A stretch of 64,000 nucleotides of DNA from an uncultured virus (IMG/VR IMGVR_UViG_3300031760_000011). Lineage: Duplodnaviria; Heunggongvirae; Uroviricota; Caudoviricetes. Below are positions 37,322 through 46,766 of the stretch, in pieces. Each line of letters starts with the position of its first letter. Position 1 is the stretch's first letter. The position numbers and the translations under genes were made by a program. Below the pieces are notes generated by a model that did no database searches, was not told the DNA's origin, and saw only the letters and a program-made list of their open reading frames with translations. Location of the stretch: IMG/VR virus record IMGVR_UViG_3300031760_000011. The stretch is one strand, 5' to 3'.

Positions 37322-38409
37322 TATATCACTTTCATAACTAAATGAAGTGGATCTCTAATATCACCAACATCTTTAGCCTTGGTATTGTAAATGACCTCAA
37401 ACCGAGCATCCGGTACGGTAGGTTTCACTTTATGAATATACTGACGAAGTTCTACATCTGCGTCTGAATAGATTCGAACCTTATCGAACATCGCCCCGTA
37501 AGACATTAGTTTATTCACCATAGGAAGATATCCATTTGCATTTGCGACTCCTGCGAAGATTATTCCTGGATCTTTCGTCATCTTAAAGAAATCGCAATAC
37601 ACTCTGAGTATATCAAATGGTCCTTCGGCCATAACTACTCTCAATGGAGAGTGCATCAAGTTTACATTTGCATGTGGAACCACATAAATACCAGATGTCT
37701 CTTCACCAACACCTTTCTTCTTAAGCATATTCCTTGGATAGATATTGTACTGGGTGTATCTCTGAGGAGGATTTGGATTTATGTCTCTGAAGTTTATGTG
37801 AGTATTGTCGAACGATATAAATCCGATACAATTCTGGTCAAGATACCTGAGCATATTCTTGACGTTTCTTCCGTAGTCTGGATTTGGTTGAAGTTTATTC
37901 GTTCTGAAGAACTCAAATAAGTTCAGTATAATTTTGTACTTACCCGGGTCTGTACAAATATCTGCACAATGTAACCGATTATACAAGACATCTAATTTTC
38001 GGGCTTCATTATGCTCGTTCTTTTCAAGGAACTCATCGTTGATATCGAGCTTCTCAGCAAATCCATTTGCATAACCAACCTTAACCATACCTTTAGTCGT
38101 TTTGTCGATTGATGCAATGTAATTTAAGAGTTGCTCATTTTGGATACCGATATCTTTCGCAACTTTCAAAGACATCATACAGCCACTGTATCCGCATAGT
38201 TTACAGTGATATGAAAATCGTAATATCCCATCCCTTTCATCTGGAGATATCTTTATATATAGGTGACAGTGTCTTGATTTCTTCGAATCTCCACAGTTAG
38301 TACATCTGATTGCTACGTGTGTACTGTTGCGATATAATTGTGGACAGATTGTCGACAGTTCAGATATCATTAAATCTGAAGCTGTCTCATTATCAATTAT
38401 TTTTTCCAT
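37321..38409 (-). CDS. DNA primase (T4 gp61-like; Zn finger + TOPRIM)
   Basis: CTNCGDSKK...HCKLCG zinc ribbon, VMAEGPFD, IYSDAD. Confidence 0.85.
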   Translation of the reverse strand: MEKIIDNETASDLMISELSTICPQLYRNSTHVAIRCTNCGDSKKSRHCHLYIKISPDERDGILRFSYHCKLCGYSGCMMSLKVAKDIGIQNEQLLNYIASIDKTTKGMVKVGYANGFAEKLDINDEFLEKNEHNEARKLDVLYNRLHCADICTDPGKYKIILNLFEFFRTNKLQPNPDYGRNVKNMLRYLDQNCIGFISFDNTHINFRDINPNPPQRYTQYNIYPRNMLKKKGVGEETSGIYVVPHANVNLMHSPLRVVMAEGPFDILRVYCDFFKMTKDPGIIFAGVANANGYLPMVNKLMSYGAMFDKVRIYSDADVELRQYIHKVKPTVPDARFEVIYNTKAKDVGDIRDPLHLVMKVI

Positions 38410-38454
38410 AACCAACCTCTATATAGATATTGAATCATTGTAAATAAAATAAAA

Positions 38455-38476
38455 TGACGGAGCCGAAGCTCCGTCA
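38455..38476 (-). terminator. Terminator with C(UUCG)G loop
   Basis: TGACGGAGC/GCTCCGTCA. Confidence 0.8.
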
Positions 38477-38480
38477 ATGA

Positions 38481-39722
38481 TTACATCTGGATTTCGAAGA
38501 TAAATCTCATTCCATCCTCAGTAGCTTCGGTTACAGGAGTAAACTGAACCTTAGCAATCGGAAGAACGTGAACCATCACAGTTTCAGGAACTGTATACAA
38601 CCAGTAAGGTGCAACGATTCCTGATTTATTCACCTGCGATTCAGGATACTGTTTAGTCTCGGTGCCTGCGTACAGACAGATTTCATCAAAGCTCTTACCA
38701 AGTGAAATGAGAGTTTCGATATCGTCTTTCGAAAGTACACATTCAACGTGAATGATATTTACAGCTTTATCTCCAGTGAGAACTTTAGAAATTACAGAGA
38801 CTTCAGCGGTCTTCGCATAAAAATCATGCTTCCAATAAGCTCCGTATTCTCCGCTCTTGTATACAGAGTATTTGTCGTCGAATTTTGAATCTGACTGATG
38901 TTGGTACATCGGAACCGGATTTACAAGTCCATCGTCGGAGAATTCTGGAAGATTGTAAGACGTATCTTCAACCATTTCCTCGAAGTCTACCATGTGAAAC
39001 TCTTCTTTACGAAGACAAATCGGTTCCTCACCAACTTCAATCCAGTTACTCTCAATCTCAGGGTCTTCACCTTCAGGACAAATCATCGGCTCTATAGTCT
39101 CAAGATTAAACTTGACGCCTTTCGCAGCGAAACCATCGAGAACTTCCTGACTTGGAATATCCTCAGTTGTATTATCAGCTCTTTCTTTGAGTGGGTCTGA
39201 AATCCAGTGGATAGGATACGTTCCCCAGCTTTTCTTTTCAAAACTAGTTTCGATGAACGTGAAGATATTTGCAGCCTCACGATTTTCAATATCTCCATCC
39301 AAGAAAGCTACAACTTTGAATGCTGCGATTTCATCGCTCCACTTAGTCATATCTTTCATAAGATAAAGACCTTGCGTGTCAATAACCTTTCTGGTTCCAG
39401 AAATCTTGCGAAATCTTTTACCAGTAAAAGTTATAATTGCTTCTTTCGAGTCTTTGACTGGTTTTGTAACGTCAACTTCATGAGTTGCGACGTACTGGTC
39501 GAAGCCATTACCTACAGCAAATACGAACTTTGTATTTGCAGCAGTAGGTTCAGCTTCACGTTCATTATATACACCGTGTGAAGCAACGATTTGCTGGTCT
39601 AACGCCTGTGGATATGAATTATCCATTGAAAAACCCTTGAGATATAAGAGTTTTTTACGGCGTGCTGAGTATGTACTGATTTTTGAGTCTTTCATGTACC
39701 CGAGTACAAATGGACTATTCAT
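38481..39722 (-). CDS. Putative virion (tail/baseplate) protein
   Basis: Start MNSPF at 39722 overlapping upstream stop; FVFAVGNG...FDEICLYAG pattern; late operon. Confidence 0.45.
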   Translation of the reverse strand: MNSPFVLGYMKDSKISTYSARRKKLLYLKGFSMDNSYPQALDQQIVASHGVYNEREAEPTAANTKFVFAVGNGFDQYVATHEVDVTKPVKDSKEAIITFTGKRFRKISGTRKVIDTQGLYLMKDMTKWSDEIAAFKVVAFLDGDIENREAANIFTFIETSFEKKSWGTYPIHWISDPLKERADNTTEDIPSQEVLDGFAAKGVKFNLETIEPMICPEGEDPEIESNWIEVGEEPICLRKEEFHMVDFEEMVEDTSYNLPEFSDDGLVNPVPMYQHQSDSKFDDKYSVYKSGEYGAYWKHDFYAKTAEVSVISKVLTGDKAVNIIHVECVLSKDDIETLISLGKSFDEICLYAGTETKQYPESQVNKSGIVAPYWLYTVPETVMVHVLPIAKVQFTPVTEATEDGMRFIFEIQM

Positions 39723-40224
39723 TTGCTTTTCCCTTCTTTTTACCATCAATAGTTGTGGCGATACTGTTCGCTTTGTTACCAGCAATGTATTCAGTAGTGA
39801 GTGTACCCGCAATTACCATTGTATCTTTGTGAGGAAGATCTTCCATGCCAAATACAAAGTACATAATCGTGAATAGAATGCTGGTAAGAACCCAAAACAT
39901 CACAATCCACTGATAACGTCCAATGTTATCGAGCTTACCAGAGCCACTTTCAAGTGCAGCGTTCTTGATAAATGCATTGCTGTATTCGAGACCCATATAT
40001 GTGAAGCTTGCAGCCCCAGCACATATCACAACGTATTCGAGGTTATACATTACGTCTCTAAAGAAATAACGCATAACGACGCATCCGATAACGTACAGCA
40101 TCCAAATGATGACATTGGGAAGTGTCTTCGACTTCGAAGCTCTGATTTCCCGAATCTCTTCCTTGGAAACTTTGTACTCAAGAGAATCGTCAATCTCTGT
40201 CTTTTTTTCTTCATCATCTTTCAT
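39715..40224 (-). CDS. Four-TM membrane protein, holin-like
   Basis: About 4 hydrophobic segments, basic C-terminal tail, late promoter; ATG 40224 with AAGGAG. Confidence 0.55.
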   Translation of the reverse strand: MKDDEEKKTEIDDSLEYKVSKEEIREIRASKSKTLPNVIIWMLYVIGCVVMRYFFRDVMYNLEYVVICAGAASFTYMGLEYSNAFIKNAALESGSGKLDNIGRYQWIVMFWVLTSILFTIMYFVFGMEDLPHKDTMVIAGTLTTEYIAGNKANSIATTIDGKKKGKANE

Positions 40225-40236
40225 ACGAGAACTCCT

Positions 40237-40248
40237 TAGGCAACTGTT
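40237..40248 (-). promoter_or_regulatory. AACA-N6-TA late-type promoter
   Basis: AACAGTTGCCTA. Confidence 0.7.
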
Positions 40249-40262
40249 TTTGCAAAAAAATA

Positions 40263-40282
40263 CGGGCGGCAACAGCCGCCCG
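40263..40282 (-). terminator. Intrinsic terminator
   Basis: CGGGCGGC/GCCGCCCG with TATTTTTTT on minus strand. Confidence 0.8.
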
Positions 40283-40331
40283 CTAGAACCAGATGTAGTG
40301 AGCTTAAGCTCGGGTAATTGAGTCGTCGAAA

Positions 40332-40727
40332 TTAGGCAGTCTTGCCTTTCTTCGCAGCTTCTTTCTTGTCAGCAGAGTCCTTCTTGATTTTACCGAGGAC
40401 GTCTGCGTTCAACGCGGTTTTCACTGAGTTGGAAATCTTGAACATCGGAACGTTGTGCTCCGGAATGGTGTACTCACCACCGCCGTTCAGATTGTTTTTG
40501 CGTGTAACCGCCGGCTGTCGTTTGACAGCGAATGCGCCGAGCCCAGGAACAGGAACTGCACCTGAGATTTCGCCGGGTTTCTTCGGGAGATGAGCCAAGA
40601 GCTCGCCGATGACAACCTTGGGGATTGCATCGACTGCATTTGACGCACTTGCCTTTGTCTCACCTGAGACATCTGCTACTTTAGCGATAAACTCATCTTT
40701 GCTCAAAAGAGCGTCTACCTTTGCCAT
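40332..40727 (-). CDS. hup: HU/IHF-family histone-like DNA-binding protein
   Basis: LSKDEFIAKVA..., VPGLGAFAVKRQPA..RKN...TIPEHNVPMFKIS; lysine-rich tail. Confidence 0.88.
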   Translation of the reverse strand: MAKVDALLSKDEFIAKVADVSGETKASASNAVDAIPKVVIGELLAHLPKKPGEISGAVPVPGLGAFAVKRQPAVTRKNNLNGGGEYTIPEHNVPMFKISNSVKTALNADVLGKIKKDSADKKEAAKKGKTA

Positions 40728-40760
40728 AATTCTGGCCTCCTATATAGGGAATCTACTGGT

Positions 40761-40770
40761 ATTATGTATA
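40761..40770 (-). promoter_or_regulatory. Putative early/middle promoter motif TATACATAAT
   Basis: Upstream of HU. Confidence 0.6.
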
Positions 40771-40799
40771 TCCAGTTAGAAATTGATATTTCGTCAGCT

Positions 40800-40813
40800 A
40801 CTGAAACTTCAGT
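40800..40813. promoter_or_regulatory. Operator-like palindrome
   Basis: ACTGAAACTTCAGT. Confidence 0.6.
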
Positions 40814-40867
40814 GATTCTGGCGAATTAAGTCTTTGTTATGTGCTGAAATCAGAACTTACAGTGACA

Positions 40868-43840
40868 TTAGAAATTGAAATCTCCAAAGCCACCGTTATC
40901 GTCATCTCCACCACTATCATCATCTGAACCTGAGTCTGAAGAAGATGAGCCTCCTCCGCCACCGCCAGAAGAAGCACCCATATCATCATCAGGCTTATCT
41001 GCTTTAAGCTGTGCCTGGTCAACTTCTGACTTGGCTGTTTCGACCATAGTGTCAAAGTCATCCCAAGGTAACCCAGGAAGATACTTACGGAACATCCCGA
41101 GCTTAATGCGATTCTTGATATTCTCAAGTTTATCGCTCAAGTCAGGATTCATTGCAATGTCAAGAGGAGCAATGAGGTCTGTAACAGAATCTGAGAATGA
41201 ACTGACGGCTGAAATCTGGTCGTTCAACGACGTAATATTCAAGCCTTCAGGAGACGGCAAGTCAAGAAAGACTTTATTCAAGTCAATCAAATCTTGTGCT
41301 GTTGCAACACCTGCAGAGACTGTTTTATCATGTTTATTCGTAGCCTTATTGACATTTGCGGCGTTCTCTTTATTTAGGATTCTCTCAGGAAACTTATTCC
41401 TGAGGATTATCCTTTCAAACTTTGCACAGTTCAACTGATACTGGCTTTGCATGTTTACAACTTTTGTCATAAACATCGCATTCTGCAATGCTAATGACCT
41501 AGCATACTCGGCATCATCCAAATAATTCAAAGCTGAATGAGGAACGTGCATTGAGTTAATAAATGACTTCAATGCTTTCTCCATGAGAGAATTATCGAAG
41601 TCGACTTGTTGACCGGGAATTGTCTCAAGCTCAATGAGCGGATTACCATTCTTACGAGGAGAGATAAACTTCTGGAACGTTCCAAGAGAACGCATGATAG
41701 TATCGACGTTTCCGATTGAATCAATAGACGCACGTTTTGCTTGTGCTGAACGCATAATACGTTGTACCATAGCTTCCAGACGGTCACCTACACCAACTTC
41801 AACGTTAATCTGTTCACGGTCTGCCGATTTTGCAATCGCAATCATAAGGTTGGTTACCAACGCTGCGATATATACGTGTGCAAAGAACAGACCGTTCTGC
41901 ATGATAGACACGCCGATGCCGTTATTCGGATTAATTTCATGAGCAAAGTAGACCATAGATTCCATTGGTACATAAGAAATCTTGACGTCTCTCTTCGTAA
42001 TGTAGTCATCCTTGATGAGTGAAAAGATGAGTGAGTTAAACGCTTTGTCGTCGATTATGTCGGGGTTATTGAGACGTTCAGATACAGCACGTACAATCAT
42101 TCCTCGCAGAAGTTCCCAGCGACGAATATCTCCACCACCAGCAGATGCAGGGATGTCAATCATGTCGCGAATGATTACACCAGCTCCCTCGGCACCAGAC
42201 ATCGAAGTATTTGCACCATAAAGGTTCATAACTCCAACACCGAGACCATTTGAACCTGCACTTGTACGGTAACCCAAAAGGTCAGCAACTCCAGACCCCA
42301 AATCATCACTTCCAGTTCTTTCGACAACGTAGTATCCAATATGCTCACCATGAACTGAAATCGGAATTACTGTATCAGGTTGTAGCGGAATGATAACTGA
42401 ACCTGTAACGTGCTCTTTATAGTCATCAGAGTTCTCATCTTCAAAAGTCATAGATAACGTTGGATGAGCATCCTCATAAGACACTGTAGTTTTACCTTTT
42501 CCGTTATCATGAACTACCTGAACTTTCTTCTGAGCGCTCATAAGTTCGCAGACGTGTTCAATATCCCTTTCAAGAGCAGTATCATCAGAGCCATAGATAG
42601 ACTCCATCGTGGCATCTTCCATAGCGACACCGTTATTGTCTGTGCGATTCTTGAGACGCTGCTTTACCTTACGCATAGTCTTAATCTGACTTGCAATCTT
42701 TGCGGTGTCTTTCATCGTAAGAGCATCAGTCGTGTATGTAAACTTGACATGACCATTGACCATCTTGTCGATAGCCTTAGCCATCTCCATAGCGACTTTT
42801 TTACGGTTCTTCTTATTCTTGACGCGCTTAATTTGAGCTTTACGGTCTTTGACCATATTGTCAAACTCTTTCTTTTCTTCAGTTGTGAGGTCACTAACTT
42901 TGACAAGTGATATATTATCTTCAAACTCTACCTCGTACTCATCAATAAGTTTGTCGATAGTATCATCAAATACAGAAGTGAAAGTGTTCGGGTCTTCCAG
43001 ACCAGTAGTCTCGAAATCTCCAGATTCGGTTTTGACTTCAACGTACCCCTGCAGAGCATCTTCCATCTTGACAGCAGTACCATCGCTGAACTGCTCATTG
43101 AGCAAACTGCGCATGTCATCCGCAGATTCAGTGCGAAGTACACGCTCAGCTGTTTTCCTGAAGCGGCTGTCAATTGGAATAATCATAACTGGCTTTGCAC
43201 CGAGCTTCATAGCTTCAGTAATATACTTGTCAAAGAGTGTGTTGAGGTCATACTCTTTTACAGTTTCATCAATGAGCTTTACAATTTCCTGCTCAGATGA
43301 ACTGATACCGAGTGTATCTGTATCAATGCGGAAATTATCGTATCTAGGTATGAGATATTCCTTCGAGAAGTTATCTGCAGACAAAACCGCATTCTTCAAA
43401 ATGTCGAAACACTTTGACGCTTCAGGAATCATTTCGTAAATCATCTGATACTCGTAGAAGAGCTCGAACATCGGAGTTGCCAACGGGAACAGTTGACGGA
43501 ATAAGTCCATATCAGGAGATGTATCTGTCAATCCCTTGATTCCGGTAATGTAGTCTACAGTACCCTGCGTTGCAGCGTTCTTTGCTGACTGACTCTTCTT
43601 CGCAGCAAATGACTGCTGGATTGTGTCGACAAGCATCTTAGGCGTACTTGTCGCAATGGAGTTATCTCCAAGAGCAACTGCGTTCTGAACGATATTGACA
43701 ACTGAGTTTACAAACTTCGTATTATCTTTTACGAAGTCCTGATTTATTGAGTAAAGAGAAGCTGTCTGAAGATTTCCAAGCTTATTGAGACTACTGAGAA
43801 TCTCAGGCTTAGAAATAGTCTTTTCATTATTACCAGCCAT
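40868..43840 (-). CDS. Portal protein (phiKZ/AR9-type, enlarged)
   Basis: 990 aa; LQPDTVIPI...IGYYVVE, GIGVSIMQNGLFFAHVYI, IAKSADREQINVEVG, PLIELETIPGQ patterns. Confidence 0.8.
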   Translation of the reverse strand: MAGNNEKTISKPEILSSLNKLGNLQTASLYSINQDFVKDNTKFVNSVVNIVQNAVALGDNSIATSTPKMLVDTIQQSFAAKKSQSAKNAATQGTVDYITGIKGLTDTSPDMDLFRQLFPLATPMFELFYEYQMIYEMIPEASKCFDILKNAVLSADNFSKEYLIPRYDNFRIDTDTLGISSSEQEIVKLIDETVKEYDLNTLFDKYITEAMKLGAKPVMIIPIDSRFRKTAERVLRTESADDMRSLLNEQFSDGTAVKMEDALQGYVEVKTESGDFETTGLEDPNTFTSVFDDTIDKLIDEYEVEFEDNISLVKVSDLTTEEKKEFDNMVKDRKAQIKRVKNKKNRKKVAMEMAKAIDKMVNGHVKFTYTTDALTMKDTAKIASQIKTMRKVKQRLKNRTDNNGVAMEDATMESIYGSDDTALERDIEHVCELMSAQKKVQVVHDNGKGKTTVSYEDAHPTLSMTFEDENSDDYKEHVTGSVIIPLQPDTVIPISVHGEHIGYYVVERTGSDDLGSGVADLLGYRTSAGSNGLGVGVMNLYGANTSMSGAEGAGVIIRDMIDIPASAGGGDIRRWELLRGMIVRAVSERLNNPDIIDDKAFNSLIFSLIKDDYITKRDVKISYVPMESMVYFAHEINPNNGIGVSIMQNGLFFAHVYIAALVTNLMIAIAKSADREQINVEVGVGDRLEAMVQRIMRSAQAKRASIDSIGNVDTIMRSLGTFQKFISPRKNGNPLIELETIPGQQVDFDNSLMEKALKSFINSMHVPHSALNYLDDAEYARSLALQNAMFMTKVVNMQSQYQLNCAKFERIILRNKFPERILNKENAANVNKATNKHDKTVSAGVATAQDLIDLNKVFLDLPSPEGLNITSLNDQISAVSSFSDSVTDLIAPLDIAMNPDLSDKLENIKNRIKLGMFRKYLPGLPWDDFDTMVETAKSEVDQAQLKADKPDDDMGASSGGGGGGSSSSDSGSDDDSGGDDDNGGFGDFNF

Positions 43841-43872
43841 TTCATTCCTCCTTTATTGGAATGTGTTTTATA

Positions 43873-43888
43873 GCCTGAAATTTCAGGC
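43873..43888. promoter_or_regulatory. Perfect 16-bp operator-like palindrome
   Basis: GCCTGAAATTTCAGGC upstream of portal. Confidence 0.65.
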
Positions 43889-43977
43889 ATATTTTCACTG
43901 TAAATCTGAAACTTTAAGAGTTTCAGATAGTTTTCGTAGAAGGAAGCGGACGTGGACGTCCACGCCCGTCTCAATCA

Positions 43978-45576
43978 TCATTTCAGCACTCCACGAAGAA
44001 CCAAAGTGTCGTCTGATTTCAGCTCAAACAAAATATCCTTCAAAACACCAGATTCTTCAGCAATTACATCGCAGAATCTTCGGAGTGTTTTAACGGTTTT
44101 ATCTTTATCCTTGGTTACGCCGGAAAACGTTGCAAGAATCGGCTTCTCGACACCCTTATTCAAGTTATCAATAGTCGACTTCGGAGCTGACGAGAAATTG
44201 TGAATCTCATGAATGCCAACCGCGACACTCTTAATCTTTTCGATAGAGTTTGCTAAATCTTTCTTAACGTAATCAGGATATGCTTCAGGAGGAGTCGGAG
44301 GAGCTTCCAAGTTGATAACAGGCAGGTTTACAGGATATGCTCCGTCTTCGATAAACTTTACGATATCGTAAACCTTTTTTGCCTGCTCAGTGAGTCCAAT
44401 AGACATCTCTGAGTTCGCCTTATTGCGTTTGAATCCGAACTTCTCCCAGTTACAATCGAGTTTATCCTCAGAATGCATCTTCACAATCGACGGAGTCATC
44501 AACTGCGAGTTGTGAGTTCCATCAAGAAAATAGAATACATCTGACAAATCAAACATCAAATGCTTCCAAGTGCCAACCCAGTTACTATACTTGCTCGGTT
44601 TCATACATTCAAACCTTGCAATGCGAATAGCATCCTTCTCGTTCTTAAATACAAGAATAACCGGGTATCTGAGTTTATCATATGTCTGACCATCTTTGTC
44701 GACGTACGCTCCCCACTCGATTATAGGAGCAAACCTTGAAGCAATCGTTCTTGCAATAAATCCAGAGGTATCATTTACCATGAACTGGTTTACTCTCAAA
44801 AACGCAGAACGATTGCCAATTATAGTGCGCAGACACGCAGCATATGCCTTTTCAGAACGATTAAGCATATCTGTCGTGTTAATCGGAGAGATAACTTCGT
44901 TGATCGTCTCCATAGACGGGGGAACCGTTGCCTCAAAGATTTTTGAATCCTTTGAGTAATCAATCGGTGTACTTGACGGTGTCGGGTCATAAGGAGTCGG
45001 CTCTTCGGCGTTTTCACCAGTGAAACTTGTACCGCACGGCGAAACCAGAATCCCGTCTTCCATCCGAAGGCTGTCTGTAAACTTGCCGTCTACAAAGAAC
45101 GTATTTTCAGAGTTTGGACGCTGCTCAGGAACCATAATAAAGATATCAACGTTTCCTTCGAGAGTAGGAGAAACCTTATAAGCAATTCGTGACAACGGAC
45201 CGTACTTTGATTTTTCCATATGATTTCTCAGACGAGGAACTATGATGTTTCCACACTCGTTAGTAATTCGCTTAACGATAGCTTCAACATCAGGTTTCTC
45301 AGTATCGAGTTCTTTGAACTTTGCCATCTCATACACAGGGATAGAGCAAAGTTTACCTGCAGGGAAAAATCCTTTTGTCTTGTACTCATCTTTGCTTTCG
45401 AAGTTAAGGTCTTCCCATGCTGTATCAGGATTATTAACGATGACGCTTTCGAGTTTGATTGTTGGTTTTACATCTTGGATGATATTTCCAAGTGCTTTAA
45501 TTGCATCTTTCTGCATAGCTCGATACGCAGTAAGTGTATTACCTTCATACCTATCAGCTAAGTTAAAATTGTCCAT
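43978..45576 (-). CDS. Hypothetical, probably processed head protein
   Basis: 532 aa; KLE, NFE, RME, IFE, SME motifs; near-consensus AACA-N6-CA upstream. Confidence 0.7.
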   Translation of the reverse strand: MDNFNLADRYEGNTLTAYRAMQKDAIKALGNIIQDVKPTIKLESVIVNNPDTAWEDLNFESKDEYKTKGFFPAGKLCSIPVYEMAKFKELDTEKPDVEAIVKRITNECGNIIVPRLRNHMEKSKYGPLSRIAYKVSPTLEGNVDIFIMVPEQRPNSENTFFVDGKFTDSLRMEDGILVSPCGTSFTGENAEEPTPYDPTPSSTPIDYSKDSKIFEATVPPSMETINEVISPINTTDMLNRSEKAYAACLRTIIGNRSAFLRVNQFMVNDTSGFIARTIASRFAPIIEWGAYVDKDGQTYDKLRYPVILVFKNEKDAIRIARFECMKPSKYSNWVGTWKHLMFDLSDVFYFLDGTHNSQLMTPSIVKMHSEDKLDCNWEKFGFKRNKANSEMSIGLTEQAKKVYDIVKFIEDGAYPVNLPVINLEAPPTPPEAYPDYVKKDLANSIEKIKSVAVGIHEIHNFSSAPKSTIDNLNKGVEKPILATFSGVTKDKDKTVKTLRRFCDVIAEESGVLKDILFELKSDDTLVLRGVLK

Positions 45577-45638
45577 AATTCAGCTCCTTTATTGGAGAAT
45601 TGCCATAATGTTGACCTGATAATTTAGGCAAAAAATAA

Positions 45639-45658
45639 CCCGGCGGGATTCCGCCGGG
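45639..45658 (-). terminator. Intrinsic terminator
   Basis: CCCGGCGG/CCGCCGGG with TTATTTTTT on minus strand. Confidence 0.8.
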
Positions 45659-45731
45659 AGTATAAATTAAGCAATCAAAAATGTTCAACCCTAGGACATG
45701 GAGATTCGAAGGGTCGTCTGGGAATTGATGC

Positions 45732-46766
45732 CTAAACCATAAATAGCCACATGTCCGAGGCTATCTGCGCAGTATCTCCAAGGATATGATTGAATTCGAA
45801 TCTTAGAATCCACACATTATCCTTATTGAGATGTCTGTACAAAAGCATTTGTCCAATGAATTCTGGATTATTGATATCTCCATTCTTCTGAAAGTATTTT
45901 CCAACTTCTTTCGGAATCATTTTCGGCGAAATCGCGATGCGTCTGCCGTTTAGGAGCAAATGAGTGTTTGGGTCATTCACAATTAATGTCTCTGAATAAG
46001 TATCATCAAGTGTGAGGTCAACATCCATCACTATTTTCATGAACGACAATCTGCTTTGACCAACTGTTGCTGGGTTATGTAAATTTTTACATTGAGTATT
46101 ATTGTCTGGAATACTACTAAACCTTGCATCAATTGGATGAATGGCATTACATATATCAAGTATTGTGCGAGTTTTCAACCCAGCACCTCCAATATAAACG
46201 ATTTCGTTACCATTCATCTTTGTAATCGGATTCGAGTACAAATACTCCTCTCCAGGGTATCCACATATAGGACGTTCCCAATTTATCAATCTCGGAACCG
46301 TCGGAGTTAGTGGTAATGCTTGAGCTTTTGCAATGTATCCACGAATGGAATTATCATTGCGATTACGCAACTCAATCTGGTCTACGAATCCTCCTCTATA
46401 GACTAGTTCAAGCGTGTAATACTCAGCTTTACCCATGCTCTTAATGAGCGTAAGAACTTCCTCTATATTGATGTGTACACGAATACTAATATCCATCAAG
46501 TATGTGAAAACGAACCTCAACCAGTTTGCAATTCCTTGCGGTTGAGATTTGTCGATTTGAGCGGAAAGACAAATGTCGATATCTGCAAGAAACTTACCAG
46601 TCGAATAGATATTTGGCATCTGTGCTGAGAAGATTCTAAAAGGGGTACATATGATGAAATACCCCTTTTCTGTCTGCCGCATTAGTTTTGCAAAGTATTC
46701 AATAGCACTCATGAATAACTTCACATCACTTACTGCGGTAACCTTTCTGATTTCGAAATCAGCCAT
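45732..46766 (-). CDS. Hypothetical protein coupled to PolB; possible sliding-clamp-like fold
   Basis: 344-aa ORF overlapping polB end; weak PCNA-like pattern. Confidence 0.45.
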   Translation of the reverse strand: MADFEIRKVTAVSDVKLFMSAIEYFAKLMRQTEKGYFIICTPFRIFSAQMPNIYSTGKFLADIDICLSAQIDKSQPQGIANWLRFVFTYLMDISIRVHINIEEVLTLIKSMGKAEYYTLELVYRGGFVDQIELRNRNDNSIRGYIAKAQALPLTPTVPRLINWERPICGYPGEEYLYSNPITKMNGNEIVYIGGAGLKTRTILDICNAIHPIDARFSSIPDNNTQCKNLHNPATVGQSRLSFMKIVMDVDLTLDDTYSETLIVNDPNTHLLLNGRRIAISPKMIPKEVGKYFQKNGDINNPEFIGQMLLYRHLNKDNVWILRFEFNHILGDTAQIASDMWLFMV

